From: a virus
Taxonomy: Duplodnaviria > Heunggongvirae > Uroviricota > Caudoviricetes
Length of the DNA: 64,000 bases
Virus record (IMG/VR): IMGVR_UViG_3300000547_000001
Span: 28,181-92,180 of that record
Reading direction: 5' to 3' (one strand)
The notes beneath the pieces were generated by a model. It had not been told where the DNA came from, did not search any database, and saw only the letters and a program-made list of their open reading frames with translations. Made by a program: the position numbers and the translations under genes. Below are positions 50,915 to 60,809 of the stretch, piece by piece (within the stretch, counting starts at the first letter, position 1; each line of letters starts with the position of its first letter).

Positions 50915-51327
50915 TACTTTTTTAAGTTTTTTACATGTTTTTCATGAATTTTGCAACCAATGAAAGCATTGTAGTAATCATCGTCGAGTAGCACTTCACG
51001 ATCAAACTGTTCTTTTGCTTCAAGATAACTCATCTCACCAAGAGTATTACAAAGATGTAATATTTCTCTTTTAAAGTTATTGCGACCGAGTTCTTCTACA
51101 AGAGACTTTACTTCTTCACTCGAGCCATAATAGTCCATCCAATCAGACTCTTTGATTACGGTGCGCTTACGAGTCTTTCCTTTAAGAGGAGGTCTTCGCG
51201 TTTTTGATTGAAACTTCTTTTTACCAACGTACTTCTTACCGTTTGATAAATCGGTGATGATATAGACAAAACCAATATGGCTGCCTATATCATCACTCGT
51301 GAACTCTTTACCTTTATAATACCACAT
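50914..51327 (-). CDS. small GIY-YIG (URI) domain nuclease-family protein
   Basis: 137 aa. GFVYIITDLSNGKKYVGKK (GIY ... YIG), followed by Arg/Lys-rich and Glu-containing segments. No DNA-binding extension. Confidence 0.5.
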   Translation of the reverse strand: MWYYKGKEFTSDDIGSHIGFVYIITDLSNGKKYVGKKKFQSKTRRPPLKGKTRKRTVIKESDWMDYYGSSEEVKSLVEELGRNNFKREILHLCNTLGEMSYLEAKEQFDREVLLDDDYYNAFIGCKIHEKHVKNLKK

Positions 51328-51509
51328 TAACCACCTACGTACACTTCTTTTTTTGGTCTATACCAAACTTTTTGTTGGTGGAGACGACCTAAAAGATTAT
51401 GAAGCTTTTTGATTTGATCTTCGTTTTCGCATTTATTCATCATATCAAAAAGAGAACGCTCAATAATATCCAAGTCTTCAAGGTCAAGCTTAAACGTTTT
51501 GTTATACAT
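51327..51509 (-). CDS. hypothetical protein (about 60 aa, start MYNKTFKL)
   Basis: ORF. The ATG overlaps the stop of the upstream zinc-ribbon ORF (GAGTAATG). Confidence 0.35.
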   Translation of the reverse strand: MYNKTFKLDLEDLDIIERSLFDMMNKCENEDQIKKLHNLLGRLHQQKVWYRPKKEVYVGG

Positions 51510-51684
51510 TACTCGTCCCAAAAGCCTCCGTCTGGATCGTCATCAATATATTCTTCATCCTCGTCAGCTTCGAGTACTTCTTCGCCGCATGCAGGACAGA
51601 AGGAGAGAAGATCATCCTCTCCTTCATATTCGACTGAGTACTCGGTGTCGCAATAAGGACAGTGACTGTAATGTTTGTAGCTCA
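51508..51684 (-). CDS. zinc-ribbon small protein (58 aa)
   Basis: Hand-found MSYKHYSHCPYCDTEYSVEYEGEDDLLSFCPACGEEVLEADEDEE... with a strong AAGGAGG RBS. Confidence 0.4.
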
Positions 51685-51792
51685 TTTTGCCTCCTTAAAA
51701 TGTGATCTCACAATTCATTGTATTTATAAATAATAGTGTAGATCGCGAGAGTACCAGTCTCCATCTACTCTAGACAACCAAAGGAGGTCTTT

Positions 51793-52389
51793 ATGTCCAG
51801 TAAAGTTATTTATCATAAGCATCATATAGTACCTAGACACATGGGTGGTACAGATGATCCATCTAATCTTATTTGTCTTACTATAGAAGAACATGCTGAA
51901 GCTCATCGTAAGTTATATGAAAAACATGGTAAAATAGAAGATTTTTACGCTTGGAAAGGCTTATGTGGTCAAATAGGTAAAGACGAAATTCTTTTTGGTT
52001 TATGTAGAAAGGGTTCTCAAACTAAATTGAAATGTGAATATTGTGATAGAGAAATATCAAAACATAATATGTCTAGACACTTATACACGTGTACGAATGG
52101 TAAAATAGGAACACCAGCAAATCCTACTAGAAAAGGAATAAAAATAAAAGGATGGGCTGGCAAAAATAGAACTATAAACAATGGAATAAAAAATAAAAAA
52201 ATTCCTATTAACGAAACATTACCTAAAGGTTGGTTTGAGGGAGGTGTTAAAGGGGTCGGTAAAGGAATAAAAAAATCAGGACCACCTAAAAAATGTATAA
52301 CAAATGGGAATGCAACAAAAAGAATACCTTGTGACGACCCGATACCAGATGGTTGGAAACCAGGTCGTCACTATAACCCTAAAGCCTAG
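51793..52389 (+). CDS. HNH homing endonuclease (free-standing), plus-strand insert next to the RNR gene
   Basis: 198 aa. YHKHHIVPRHMGGTDDPSNLICLTIEEHAEAHR (HNH motif). Lys/Gly-rich C-terminal repeats. An AT-rich segment on the strand opposite to all flanking genes. Confidence 0.7.
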   Translation: MSSKVIYHKHHIVPRHMGGTDDPSNLICLTIEEHAEAHRKLYEKHGKIEDFYAWKGLCGQIGKDEILFGLCRKGSQTKLKCEYCDREISKHNMSRHLYTCTNGKIGTPANPTRKGIKIKGWAGKNRTINNGIKNKKIPINETLPKGWFEGGVKGVGKGIKKSGPPKKCITNGNATKRIPCDDPIPDGWKPGRHYNPKA

Positions 52390-54611
52390 AAGCTTATTTC
52401 ACATTGGCCGCCGACACATGCAGCGGATCCAAGTGTATCAATATCTGTGTATTTTTTAGTTTCGAGCTGAGTAACGAAATCAATTGGCTTCATATTTTGC
52501 TGGATTTTTGTCCACTTATGAAGAAGGAAAACATCTTTTAAGCAATACTCTGCATCTTTCATATCGCCCATAAAGTAATTATCAGCAAACTTTTTAAAAC
52601 GACGAATCCATTCAGCACGAAGATCAGAAAGCTCACCACGATGTTCTTCAGGCATTTGTGCTACAGATGTTGCTTCCCATAAGTTGCTAAAGCCCTTACG
52701 CGTATCGACGATAAGACCTGCAGCAAATAATGCAGCCTTACCATATTTAGCAACAATCTCGTCTTCGGTAAGAACTTCTGTCATAGGTGCTTGATTAAAG
52801 TCTTTATCACCAAAGCCACCAAGGAAAGAAATACCCGCGTAGTAACCACGATTTTCATATACGTAGTCTTCTACTTCTTTCCACTGATGAGGCATAACAG
52901 TTACAGTATTTGAAACATTATGACGAAGTTTTGGATGTGCGCATGCTTCTTCACGAGTACCCGCTTCAACCCAGTTTTGCTGTACAAGCTTAACTTTTTC
53001 AAGAAGGTTTGTGCCATACAATTCATCACGATAGAAAGAACCTTCAGGTGAAATAATCGGGAAACCAATTACATAGTCAGACTTGTTAGCAGACCATACA
53101 CTTTCTTCGACCATGTAAGGATTAGTTTCAGCAATAAGCTGAGCAACTTCACTTTCTTTATTTAGCTGAACGTGGCGAAGATAACGAGGTGCGTGTTCGG
53201 CATGAATACCAGAAGCAGTCTGAAGAAGAACAGAAGCATTACCTGATGGCTTAACACAAGTTGTACGAGCAGCAGGATTTGTACCAATAAGAGCTGCGAC
53301 TTCTGCATTTACTTGCTTGACAATCTCTGCTCCTTCACTCTGGATTTCTTCATCAAGAAGAACATCAGGATTATTCATCCAACCTGTTACAGAAACACCA
53401 AGAAGAGCTTCACGGTCAAAGATTTGCTTTGATGCATCGGTAATATATCTAAAATTTGTGTAACCGGCCTGTAGAGAACCCATAATAGAAGCAGCACGAC
53501 ACGCTTTGAAGAACTCTTCCTTTGTAGTACATTTACCACCATTGATCTCTGTAAGGTTACAACCTTGCCAACCCGAAACGCCATCGATTTGAGGATACAT
53601 GCCAATCTCAACGCAGGGATTGGTGGTAAAATCTTTATCTTCTACAAAATAGAAACCAGGCTCACCGAACTGTTTAATAGAGTCCATAAACTTCGAGAAT
53701 TCTTCTTTCGTAATCTCATTACGAACAATTACAGCAGAGTTATTTGAACGCGCGCGCTGAGGATTATCCATAAACCAGTTGCCGGTTTTAGCAGTCATCA
53801 TCTCTTCGTCGTCATGTGAAAAGAGACAAATAGTTGCCGAACGACGAACGCCGCCAGAAAGAACGGCATCTGCAGCATGCATCGCAATATCATATACTTC
53901 AATTGGCTTGAGGTAATCGCGACCAGAAAGAACAATACCTTGAAGCATATATTCAATCTTATCAAGAGTGCGACGAAGAGGCTCAGGACCAGGTGCCTTG
54001 AAACCACCGGAAATCATTGCACCTTTTGGACGAATTTGAGAAAGATCGAAGTATACTTTACGACCTTCAAACTCTGGATGTGTACCACCACCAACAAAAT
54101 AAGAGGACATCAAAACACCAAGAGAGTCTGCCCAACCTTCAATGCTATCCTCAATTACATAGCCTTTTGCTTGCTTTTTACGTTCATGAAGCTTTGGCAT
54201 TTTTGCGACATGATGTTTTTGCACAGAGAAACCTGCGCCTGCTCCACAAAGAAGAATATAAAATAGTTCGTTAAAAAAAGCTGCACGATCAGCGTATGTA
54301 GATGTACAGTTATACATTTTCATTTGATGCTTAAGAAGTTGATCACCGCCAAACTGGAGAGCACGCTGAGCGCCAAGAGCGTACTTAAGCTTATAAAGAG
54401 ATTCGGCCTCATCAATAAGCTGACTCAATTCAGGAGTCATTTTATCTTTATAATAATCACGATGCATGTCCATAACACGAGTTACAGCTTCTTCCCAAGT
54501 TTCGTAACGTTGTTTACTTTCATCCCATCTACTATAGCCCTCGTAGAACTTAGTATCAGACATGAGAGCACGTGTATCTTTATCTTGATTATTGGAGATT
54601 ACTTTTAGCAT
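52386..54611 (-). CDS. nrdJ: ribonucleotide reductase, class II (adenosylcobalamin-dependent, NrdJ-like)
   Basis: 741 aa. No ATP-cone/NrdA N-terminus and no adjacent nrdB. Active-site TNPCVEIGMYPQ (N-P-C-x-E) and a C-terminal CVGGQCEISF redox Cys pair. Confidence 0.6.
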   Translation of the reverse strand: MLKVISNNQDKDTRALMSDTKFYEGYSRWDESKQRYETWEEAVTRVMDMHRDYYKDKMTPELSQLIDEAESLYKLKYALGAQRALQFGGDQLLKHQMKMYNCTSTYADRAAFFNELFYILLCGAGAGFSVQKHHVAKMPKLHERKKQAKGYVIEDSIEGWADSLGVLMSSYFVGGGTHPEFEGRKVYFDLSQIRPKGAMISGGFKAPGPEPLRRTLDKIEYMLQGIVLSGRDYLKPIEVYDIAMHAADAVLSGGVRRSATICLFSHDDEEMMTAKTGNWFMDNPQRARSNNSAVIVRNEITKEEFSKFMDSIKQFGEPGFYFVEDKDFTTNPCVEIGMYPQIDGVSGWQGCNLTEINGGKCTTKEEFFKACRAASIMGSLQAGYTNFRYITDASKQIFDREALLGVSVTGWMNNPDVLLDEEIQSEGAEIVKQVNAEVAALIGTNPAARTTCVKPSGNASVLLQTASGIHAEHAPRYLRHVQLNKESEVAQLIAETNPYMVEESVWSANKSDYVIGFPIISPEGSFYRDELYGTNLLEKVKLVQQNWVEAGTREEACAHPKLRHNVSNTVTVMPHQWKEVEDYVYENRGYYAGISFLGGFGDKDFNQAPMTEVLTEDEIVAKYGKAALFAAGLIVDTRKGFSNLWEATSVAQMPEEHRGELSDLRAEWIRRFKKFADNYFMGDMKDAEYCLKDVFLLHKWTKIQQNMKPIDFVTQLETKKYTDIDTLGSAACVGGQCEISF

Positions 54612-54628
54612 TATTGTTATTACCTCTT

Positions 54629-55498
54629 TTAAATTGCCATTGGCGCTTTTAAACTTTCCATCGGTTCATAATTTTCAAGAACAAAATCAGAAACAGACAA
54701 CGACTTTACCGTGTCAATATTCAAGTTCTGAATATCCGGCATGCGTAAAGTTGGTAATTGTCGTGGTTCTCTTTGGATCTGTTCCTGTACAACATCCATA
54801 TGAGTACTATATATATGAGCATCACCTATGGTATGTACTAAATATGCTACTTCGAGTGATAAAATTTTTGAAAAAATGTGTAACAAAAGAGCGTAAGACG
54901 CAATGTTAAATGGAACACCGAGAAACATATCAGCACTTCGTTGATAAAGCTGACAACTTAGCTTACCGTTACTTACATAGAACTGGAATAGTGTATGACA
55001 AGGTGGAAGTGCCATATGATCTACTGCAGTTGCATCCCATGCTGATACAATATGTCGTCTTGAGTCTGGATTCTCTTTAAGAGATTTAAGCACTTTTGCA
55101 ATCTGATCGTAGCCACCATAATGGCCTGCACTTCTCCACTGCTTACCGTACACCGGACCAAGAGACTTTACAAGAGGAGTGTTAGCATATCCTAATGATC
55201 GACCTTGATTATCAGCATTAGCTGTCCAAATAGTAGTTTTATCGATAAGTTCTTCTCTTGGTTTTCCATAATGGATTTCAGCAAGTCGTCTTTCGTCGGT
55301 GCTTCCTTCAAGAAACCAAAGAAGCTCGGAAACAACAGACTTCCAAGCAAGCTTCTTTGTCGTTACGGCAGGAAACCCTTCAGAAAGATCAAAGCGCATC
55401 TGATAACCAAATACGCTTCGTGTTCCTACACCTGTTCGATCACTTCGGTCTTCTCCATGATCGAGGATATATTTTAATGCATCATGATATTGTTGCAA
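54629..55498 (-). CDS. td: thymidylate synthase (ThyA / T4 td)
   Basis: 289 aa. RHIVSAWD ... ALPPCHTLFQFYV ... QLYQRSADMFLGVPFNIASYALL. Confidence 0.9.
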   Translation of the reverse strand: MQQYHDALKYILDHGEDRSDRTGVGTRSVFGYQMRFDLSEGFPAVTTKKLAWKSVVSELLWFLEGSTDERRLAEIHYGKPREELIDKTTIWTANADNQGRSLGYANTPLVKSLGPVYGKQWRSAGHYGGYDQIAKVLKSLKENPDSRRHIVSAWDATAVDHMALPPCHTLFQFYVSNGKLSCQLYQRSADMFLGVPFNIASYALLLHIFSKILSLEVAYLVHTIGDAHIYSTHMDVVQEQIQREPRQLPTLRMPDIQNLNIDTVKSLSVSDFVLENYEPMESLKAPMAI

Positions 55499-55993
55499 TC
55501 AAAGTCTCCTATATTCTTCAATTAAAAGGTTTTTGTCTACGTAACTAACCGCTTTATGTAACTTAAATTCTGAAGTATGAATTTCAAAAAATGTGTCGCA
55601 TTCATATGTACCTCGAATACGGCTTACCCAAATTTCATCTACAAATGGTAATGTACTTTGAAATAGTTGAGCACCACCGATGATCCACACATCTTTTTCC
55701 AATAGGTCTAAATAAGCCTTTACTTGATCTCTTTTGATAACCATGTTTGGTCGAGTGTCAAATGAACCAATTCCACGATCAGATACTACTATATTATATC
55801 GATTAGGTAGAGGCTTTGGAAGTTTTGGATCTTCCCAAGTTCTACGACCCATCATTACGATATGACCTTCGGTACATTCACGAAACCATTTCAAATCTGC
55901 AGAGTTTTTTGGCCAAGGGAGTGTACCATTTTTACCAATTCCCCAAGCATAGTCTGCAGCAAAGATAGCTCTTACTGTCATACTTTTCTCCAT
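55499..55993 (-). CDS. frd: dihydrofolate reductase (T4 frd)
   Basis: 164 aa. AIFAADYAWGIGKNGTLPW ... MGRRTWE ... IIGGAQLF. Confidence 0.85.
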   Translation of the reverse strand: MEKSMTVRAIFAADYAWGIGKNGTLPWPKNSADLKWFRECTEGHIVMMGRRTWEDPKLPKPLPNRYNIVVSDRGIGSFDTRPNMVIKRDQVKAYLDLLEKDVWIIGGAQLFQSTLPFVDEIWVSRIRGTYECDTFFEIHTSEFKLHKAVSYVDKNLLIEEYRRL

Positions 55994-56988
55994 ACTTTAA
56001 GTTGCAGTTCACCTTCAAGCCCTTTATATATATTATTGTTAATGATCTTCTGGGGATCATGACCTGCAATTATCATATCATTGATGTCCTTTTCTGTCAA
56101 CTGTTCAGGCCATATTACAACAGAATAACCTCGTGAAATAACTTTTTCCATACGTTTTACAATTTCAAGATTTCGAGGTTCGTTATCAAATACATATATA
56201 GCATTATCAAGGTTTTGTAGCCCGTAACTATTTCCATCAGCACCAGCCATGGCTACACAGTTACGAATGAAAAGACTGTCGATAGGACCTTCTACAACAT
56301 AGTAACGTTGATTAAAGTCGACTTCATCTAATCCAAAAATCTTTGGCTTCTCTTCGTCAAGCATAATAGTAATGTAACGAAGACTTTTTGGATCAAAGGC
56401 TCTACCTTGAAACCCGAACATATTACCTTTTTCATCAATAAGCGGTAGAACAAGTCTTGGTTCCTCACGAGATGTGAGCTTGTCAGGCAACATACTATTC
56501 ACCCACGAATTAAACTTTGGAGCATAATAGAGTTTATAATGTTGATTTACAGGAATTTGTCTCTTTTGAATATACTTACGTACTGGATGATCAGGCTTCA
56601 GCTGAGAAATCTTTTTAATTTTACAAAGCGGAGAAGCACCTTTCAAAAAGCTTGGCTTCTTTTGAACCAATTTATCAAGAGGCTTTACTGGTTTCTTTTC
56701 GAGAAGCTCATTTTCAATTTTACTATCAACGACATATTCATTGTAAAGAGAATGATCTACAGTACGAAGGAATTTCCAAAATGGAAGAGATGCACCACAG
56801 TTATGACAATAGTAAAAGGTTTTATTACTCTTATCAAGGATCCATCCACGTGCTTTAGTCTTAGACTTTTGACTATCACCACAAAGTGGACACCGTACAT
56901 TAGCTTTATAAGGATTGTAAGACTTAATAGAGAAACGTTCAAGGCGGGTACTCAAGATACCCGCATACTTCATATCTACATGATTCAT
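55978..56988 (-). CDS. 61: gp61 DNA primase
   Basis: 336 aa. RCPLCGDSQKSKTKARGW, EPRLVLPL, FQGRAF, YITI, VEGPIDSLFI, DNEPRN and DINDMI align with T4 gp61 (RCPVCGDSKTDQNKARGW, EPRLVIPI, FQGRAL, LEGPIDSLFI, DNEPRH, DVNDMI). Confidence 0.85.
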   Translation of the reverse strand: MNHVDMKYAGILSTRLERFSIKSYNPYKANVRCPLCGDSQKSKTKARGWILDKSNKTFYYCHNCGASLPFWKFLRTVDHSLYNEYVVDSKIENELLEKKPVKPLDKLVQKKPSFLKGASPLCKIKKISQLKPDHPVRKYIQKRQIPVNQHYKLYYAPKFNSWVNSMLPDKLTSREEPRLVLPLIDEKGNMFGFQGRAFDPKSLRYITIMLDEEKPKIFGLDEVDFNQRYYVVEGPIDSLFIRNCVAMAGADGNSYGLQNLDNAIYVFDNEPRNLEIVKRMEKVISRGYSVVIWPEQLTEKDINDMIIAGHDPQKIINNNIYKGLEGELQLKVWRKV

Positions 56989-57059
56989 TCTTAACCTATA
57001 GTATTATTACTGACCATATAGTCATTATACCATAAGTAGAGAGAATGTAAACAGTTATT

Positions 57060-57368
57060 TTAGCTAAGGATGAACATTTTTGTGAGTACACCAATAACAG
57101 CAGCAACAATCATCCAAGTTGCTTTTGTAATATTTGCTGTTATTCGAGAGTTTTCTTTAACGTCATCATTAAGCTGATCAAGCTTTTCAGAGTGACGATT
57201 CAGTCTTTCAATAATATTTGCTCGATCTGCTTCCATGGCCATAATTTTTTCCTCAGTACGAGCGAGGCTGACCATTGCATCAGATAGCTTATCTATCTTT
57301 TTTTCAAGTCTATCGAAGCGCTCGTTGACTGCTTCTACTGGTAATACGTTGAATTTATCTTCCGACAT
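57060..57368 (-). CDS. coiled-coil protein with C-terminal TM anchor (102 aa)
   Basis: C-terminal TWMIVAAVIGVLTKMFIL. Confidence 0.4.
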   Translation of the reverse strand: MSEDKFNVLPVEAVNERFDRLEKKIDKLSDAMVSLARTEEKIMAMEADRANIIERLNRHSEKLDQLNDDVKENSRITANITKATWMIVAAVIGVLTKMFILS

Positions 57369-57399
57369 ATGATAAGGTCCTTATTAGTAGTATTGTGTG

Positions 57400-57921
57400 T
57401 CACTTCCACATGTCTTTAAATCTTTTCAGAGCTTGTTCTCTGTTTTTCTTTTTATATTTATCCATTTGTTTTGGAGTCAAACCAGGTTCACCCTTTGGAC
57501 CATAACCAATACCATCAACTGTGCCAGCACCAACACTCATGGTTTCGTCAAGATAGTTTTCAAACTTACCATTAATATCCAAATCTTCGGCAAGTGAAAT
57601 ATACTCTTGTAATGATTCCTCGGTAAGTGTTTCATTACCTTTTTCTACATGCTCTTTTACAAGCCATAGTGCTGCAGCATAAGATCCAAGACGCGTTTGA
57701 CCGCCTGGAACCTTTTCAAGTAACTTTTTTAATTTAAGAACAAGAAGATCAAATTTACCAAAGGCCTGGCGATCTTTAATATTGCGACGTCTTTCCTTTG
57801 CATCCTTAAGGATATTACCTTCTTCGTCAATGATCCCACGATCATACGCTTCCCACTCGTTAAAAGGAGTAGCAAGTCTTTTAATAAATTCGTATACGAG
57901 ATAGAGATCAACGACAGCCAT
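57400..57921 (-). CDS. hypothetical protein (173 aa)
   Basis: ORF. Confidence 0.4.
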   Translation of the reverse strand: MAVVDLYLVYEFIKRLATPFNEWEAYDRGIIDEEGNILKDAKERRRNIKDRQAFGKFDLLVLKLKKLLEKVPGGQTRLGSYAAALWLVKEHVEKGNETLTEESLQEYISLAEDLDINGKFENYLDETMSVGAGTVDGIGYGPKGEPGLTPKQMDKYKKKNREQALKRFKDMWK

Positions 57922-58295
57922 TAAATCTTCCTTAGTTCTTCTACAATCTTTTGATCCATCGGTATTTTATTTGATAATAAAACTTTACTATCATACTCAA
58001 TACTTTTTGGCAAATAGTTTAAAAACAATACAAATGGTTTCAAATATTTATGATAGCCTTCGAGCTTCATAAACAACATATTAGTTGACATAGGACCAAA
58101 GCAGTTGTATAATACTATTAAGTGATTTAGAATTAATCGAATCCTTAACTCATTATCTTCATCATACCTTTTAAACAATCTTTTAAGATATTGGAACCTT
58201 TTAAGATCTTCATAAAACTCTTCACTGCTTGCTGCTTTACTCATATCATAATACTTTGCAGCATATATCATAAAAGAGTCTTCATCTAACTTCAT
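57921..58295 (-). CDS. hypothetical protein (124 aa)
   Basis: ORF. Confidence 0.4.
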   Translation of the reverse strand: MKLDEDSFMIYAAKYYDMSKAASSEEFYEDLKRFQYLKRLFKRYDEDNELRIRLILNHLIVLYNCFGPMSTNMLFMKLEGYHKYLKPFVLFLNYLPKSIEYDSKVLLSNKIPMDQKIVEELRKI

Positions 58296-58319
58296 AATCT
58301 ACTTTGGTCCTATGTTATA

Positions 58320-58637
58320 TTAGGCAGGATCAGCGACTGTTGCGTCTTCAATATCCGTATTGCCGCTTACACCAAGGTCACCTGCATCAACAGCTGCAAC
58401 CTTCATTGGAATCAAAGACTCTGCACGGTGACGTGTTGCGCCATCAGAATCTGTGTATGTTGTATAAAGGTTCCAGCCAGGTGTCTGTAGACCCTTTGCA
58501 CGGTTAGATGCTACGCCAGCTTCTTCTGTATCTACAAAGTATGCGTTATCCACATCGATTTGTGGCTTAGCATTTGCATCATCGGAAAGAAACTTTGGTG
58601 CGCTATTTGCGTCGTCAGTTTTACCCCATAGTGGCAT
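58320..58637 (-). CDS. hypothetical protein (105 aa)
   Basis: ORF. Confidence 0.4.
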   Translation of the reverse strand: MPLWGKTDDANSAPKFLSDDANAKPQIDVDNAYFVDTEEAGVASNRAKGLQTPGWNLYTTYTDSDGATRHRAESLIPMKVAAVDAGDLGVSGNTDIEDATVADPA

Positions 58638-58638
58638 T

Positions 58639-58983
58639 TTAGTTCTCCTTTTCTAAATGGGATTTGATTTGCTCTATCATATAATTCTTTGATCTTCTAC
58701 GGTCAAGATTAATTCCAAGCTTATTTCTTGCCCAAATATCAATCTCGAGCTTTGACATAGAGTAAAAATCTGTATTTGCGAGTGTACGTTTCATTGAAGC
58801 TTTACGTTCATCTTCACTAAACGCTTTCACTACCGGATGTCTATCGATATGAAAATGTGGTACTTCCTGAGCCGGCTCTTTCGGCTCAGGTTGTGCAATA
58901 CCAAGTACTTTTTTAATCCAATTAATCATCATCTTTCTGAACCTTTTCAGGTGCACCTTTCTTCGCTTTTGTATAATCTTCAA
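58639..58983 (-). CDS. hypothetical protein (114 aa)
   Basis: ORF. Confidence 0.35.
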   Translation of the reverse strand: MKIIQKRRKVHLKRFRKMMINWIKKVLGIAQPEPKEPAQEVPHFHIDRHPVVKAFSEDERKASMKRTLANTDFYSMSKLEIDIWARNKLGINLDRRRSKNYMIEQIKSHLEKEN

Positions 58984-59791
58984 GATCTTTTTCTGACATC
59001 TTCATCATATCAGCTGATGCAGTACCAGCTTTTGGTTTAGTGCCTTCACGCTTATGCTTAAGAGCGATACGAGCTGCGATCGCTTGTGCTTGAGATTCTG
59101 CCTTTTCAACCATAATCATTTTACGTTTACCAGTTTCAGTGTCACGTACTTCAATACGCTCACCTTTTTTTACATCCTGCATTGCTTCCCATTCACCGTC
59201 TTTAATTTTACGCATAACAGCTGAAAGCTTCATTTCTTCAAGCTCAACTTCTTCACTCATAGAGGACTTAGCTTTACGATATGCATCACTTTGGCCAGTC
59301 TTAAGACGACGATCACGTTCTGCTTTCATTTCGTCCCAGCTATATGAACCATGAGGAACATTTTTGTTATTCATATGAAACTTTAAACGACCATGAGACA
59401 TTTTACGAACGTCTTCGTTCATATCTTCTTTATCGTCATCTTCGTCATCATCTTCTGCTTCAAGTTGGTCTGGGCTAGCTTTAACTACTTTACCATTTTC
59501 AAGCTTAACATGATAATAAGCACCTTCTTCGGGCTTATCAAGCTTTATTACAGTACCATAATATTCACCACCATCAGGAGCTTCATATTCAACCTTTTGG
59601 CCGACTTTAAAATCTGATTCAGCAAGCTCGAGAGATTCTTTTACATTCTTAATTGCTTTCGAAACCGCTTTGCGGCGCTTATGTAGGTACTCGTCGGAAG
59701 AATCTACATCACCGTCATTATCAATGTCCTGATCTTTACGATTTTTAAAATCTTTTTTAAGAGCTTTTTTGTTAACTGGATCCATTGCCAT
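58922..59791 (-). CDS. highly charged (Lys/Glu/Asp-rich) protein (289 aa)
   Basis: ORF with low-complexity acidic blocks (EAEDDDEDDDKEDMNED). Confidence 0.4.
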   Translation of the reverse strand: MAMDPVNKKALKKDFKNRKDQDIDNDGDVDSSDEYLHKRRKAVSKAIKNVKESLELAESDFKVGQKVEYEAPDGGEYYGTVIKLDKPEEGAYYHVKLENGKVVKASPDQLEAEDDDEDDDKEDMNEDVRKMSHGRLKFHMNNKNVPHGSYSWDEMKAERDRRLKTGQSDAYRKAKSSMSEEVELEEMKLSAVMRKIKDGEWEAMQDVKKGERIEVRDTETGKRKMIMVEKAESQAQAIAARIALKHKREGTKPKAGTASADMMKMSEKDLEDYTKAKKGAPEKVQKDDD

Positions 59792-59828
59792 TGTTTTTCT
59801 CCTTTAATATTTTAAGTATTTATAGGTT

Positions 59829-60143
59829 TTACCATTTTACCTTATCAGCCCAATAGGCTGCAGACATCTTGCCTTTGGCGATGTTTTTAGCATGGCGCGC
59901 CTTAAATGATTTTCTCTTGTTCTTCATACGCTCAGATTCACCCTTCTTTGGATCACCTGCTGTTTCTGCGCCTTGTTGACCAAAGCGAATAGTTTTAACC
60001 TTATCACCATCTTTTGCTACAACGATGTGACTCTTCTCTGGATGACTTGGAGTTGCTTTTGGTTTATTATAACCAGACACACCCGCTTTTTCTAAGCGTG
60101 GGTCCTTTTTCTTTTCTTCGGTAAAGGTCTTAAATTTTTTCAT
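59829..60143 (-). CDS. small basic protein (104 aa)
   Basis: ORF. Confidence 0.4.
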   Translation of the reverse strand: MKKFKTFTEEKKKDPRLEKAGVSGYNKPKATPSHPEKSHIVVAKDGDKVKTIRFGQQGAETAGDPKKGESERMKNKRKSFKARHAKNIAKGKMSAAYWADKVKW

Positions 60144-60490
60144 TTTGACACCTGTGTTTCGTAATAGATTATGATTTCGTTTTGTTGTTCTAGGTACCTT
60201 TTGATATCGGCAATACCTAAGGATAGGTTTTCATAATCTTTAACTGATATTGCAATAAAGGTTTCGGTTGCATTCTTTTTTCTAAACTCAATAATAAACT
60301 CTTCAAAGTTATCTCTATTCACTACATAGAACTCAGGTGCTACAAGCGTAACTGGATCTGGTCGAGATACTGTAGGAATATTTCTTTCAACATACTCAGT
60401 TTGTATGATTACTTCTGGTTCTGGCTGAGCACAATTAACGAGGAAGAGTGCTGCGCATAATGCTATCAAATACTTCATCTGTCGCATCAT
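60140..60490 (-). CDS. o-spanin-like outer-membrane lipoprotein (Rz1 equivalent), start overlapping the 3' end of the i-spanin gene
   Basis: MMRQMKYLIALCAALFLVNC-AQ lipobox. The gene starts inside the i-spanin reading region (overlapped architecture). Confidence 0.45.
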   Translation of the reverse strand: MMRQMKYLIALCAALFLVNCAQPEPEVIIQTEYVERNIPTVSRPDPVTLVAPEFYVVNRDNFEEFIIEFRKKNATETFIAISVKDYENLSLGIADIKRYLEQQNEIIIYYETQVSK

Positions 60491-60809
60491 TGATCCTCTT
60501 TTCAATAAGTCCTGGTTTCTCTTCGGCAAGTAACGTAAGATTATGCTCTTGGAATAATCTTCTTAACTCACTATTATACTGCTCAGCATCTCGAAGGCTT
60601 TCGGTTAAGTTATTAATTCGTTCTTGATTTACTGATTCTTGTTCAATTAAATTATTAATAGTTTCTTGATTTGTTTCTACAGCAATCTCAAGTTTAGCAT
60701 TATTTTCTCTTAATGTTCCCATACGCTCTTGAGTGTCTTGGTAGTACCAATAGCCAAGACCGCTCAAGGCAAGTAACATAAAGGAAAGAAAGATTACAAT
60801 ACGAAACAT
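60435..60809 (-). CDS. i-spanin-like (Rz equivalent): N-terminal TM plus periplasmic coiled coil
   Basis: MFRIVIFLSFMLLALSGLGYWYY followed by a heptad-rich region. Lies immediately downstream of the endolysin. Confidence 0.55.
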   Translation of the reverse strand: MFRIVIFLSFMLLALSGLGYWYYQDTQERMGTLRENNAKLEIAVETNQETINNLIEQESVNQERINNLTESLRDAEQYNSELRRLFQEHNLTLLAEEKPGLIEKRINDATDEVFDSIMRSTLPR

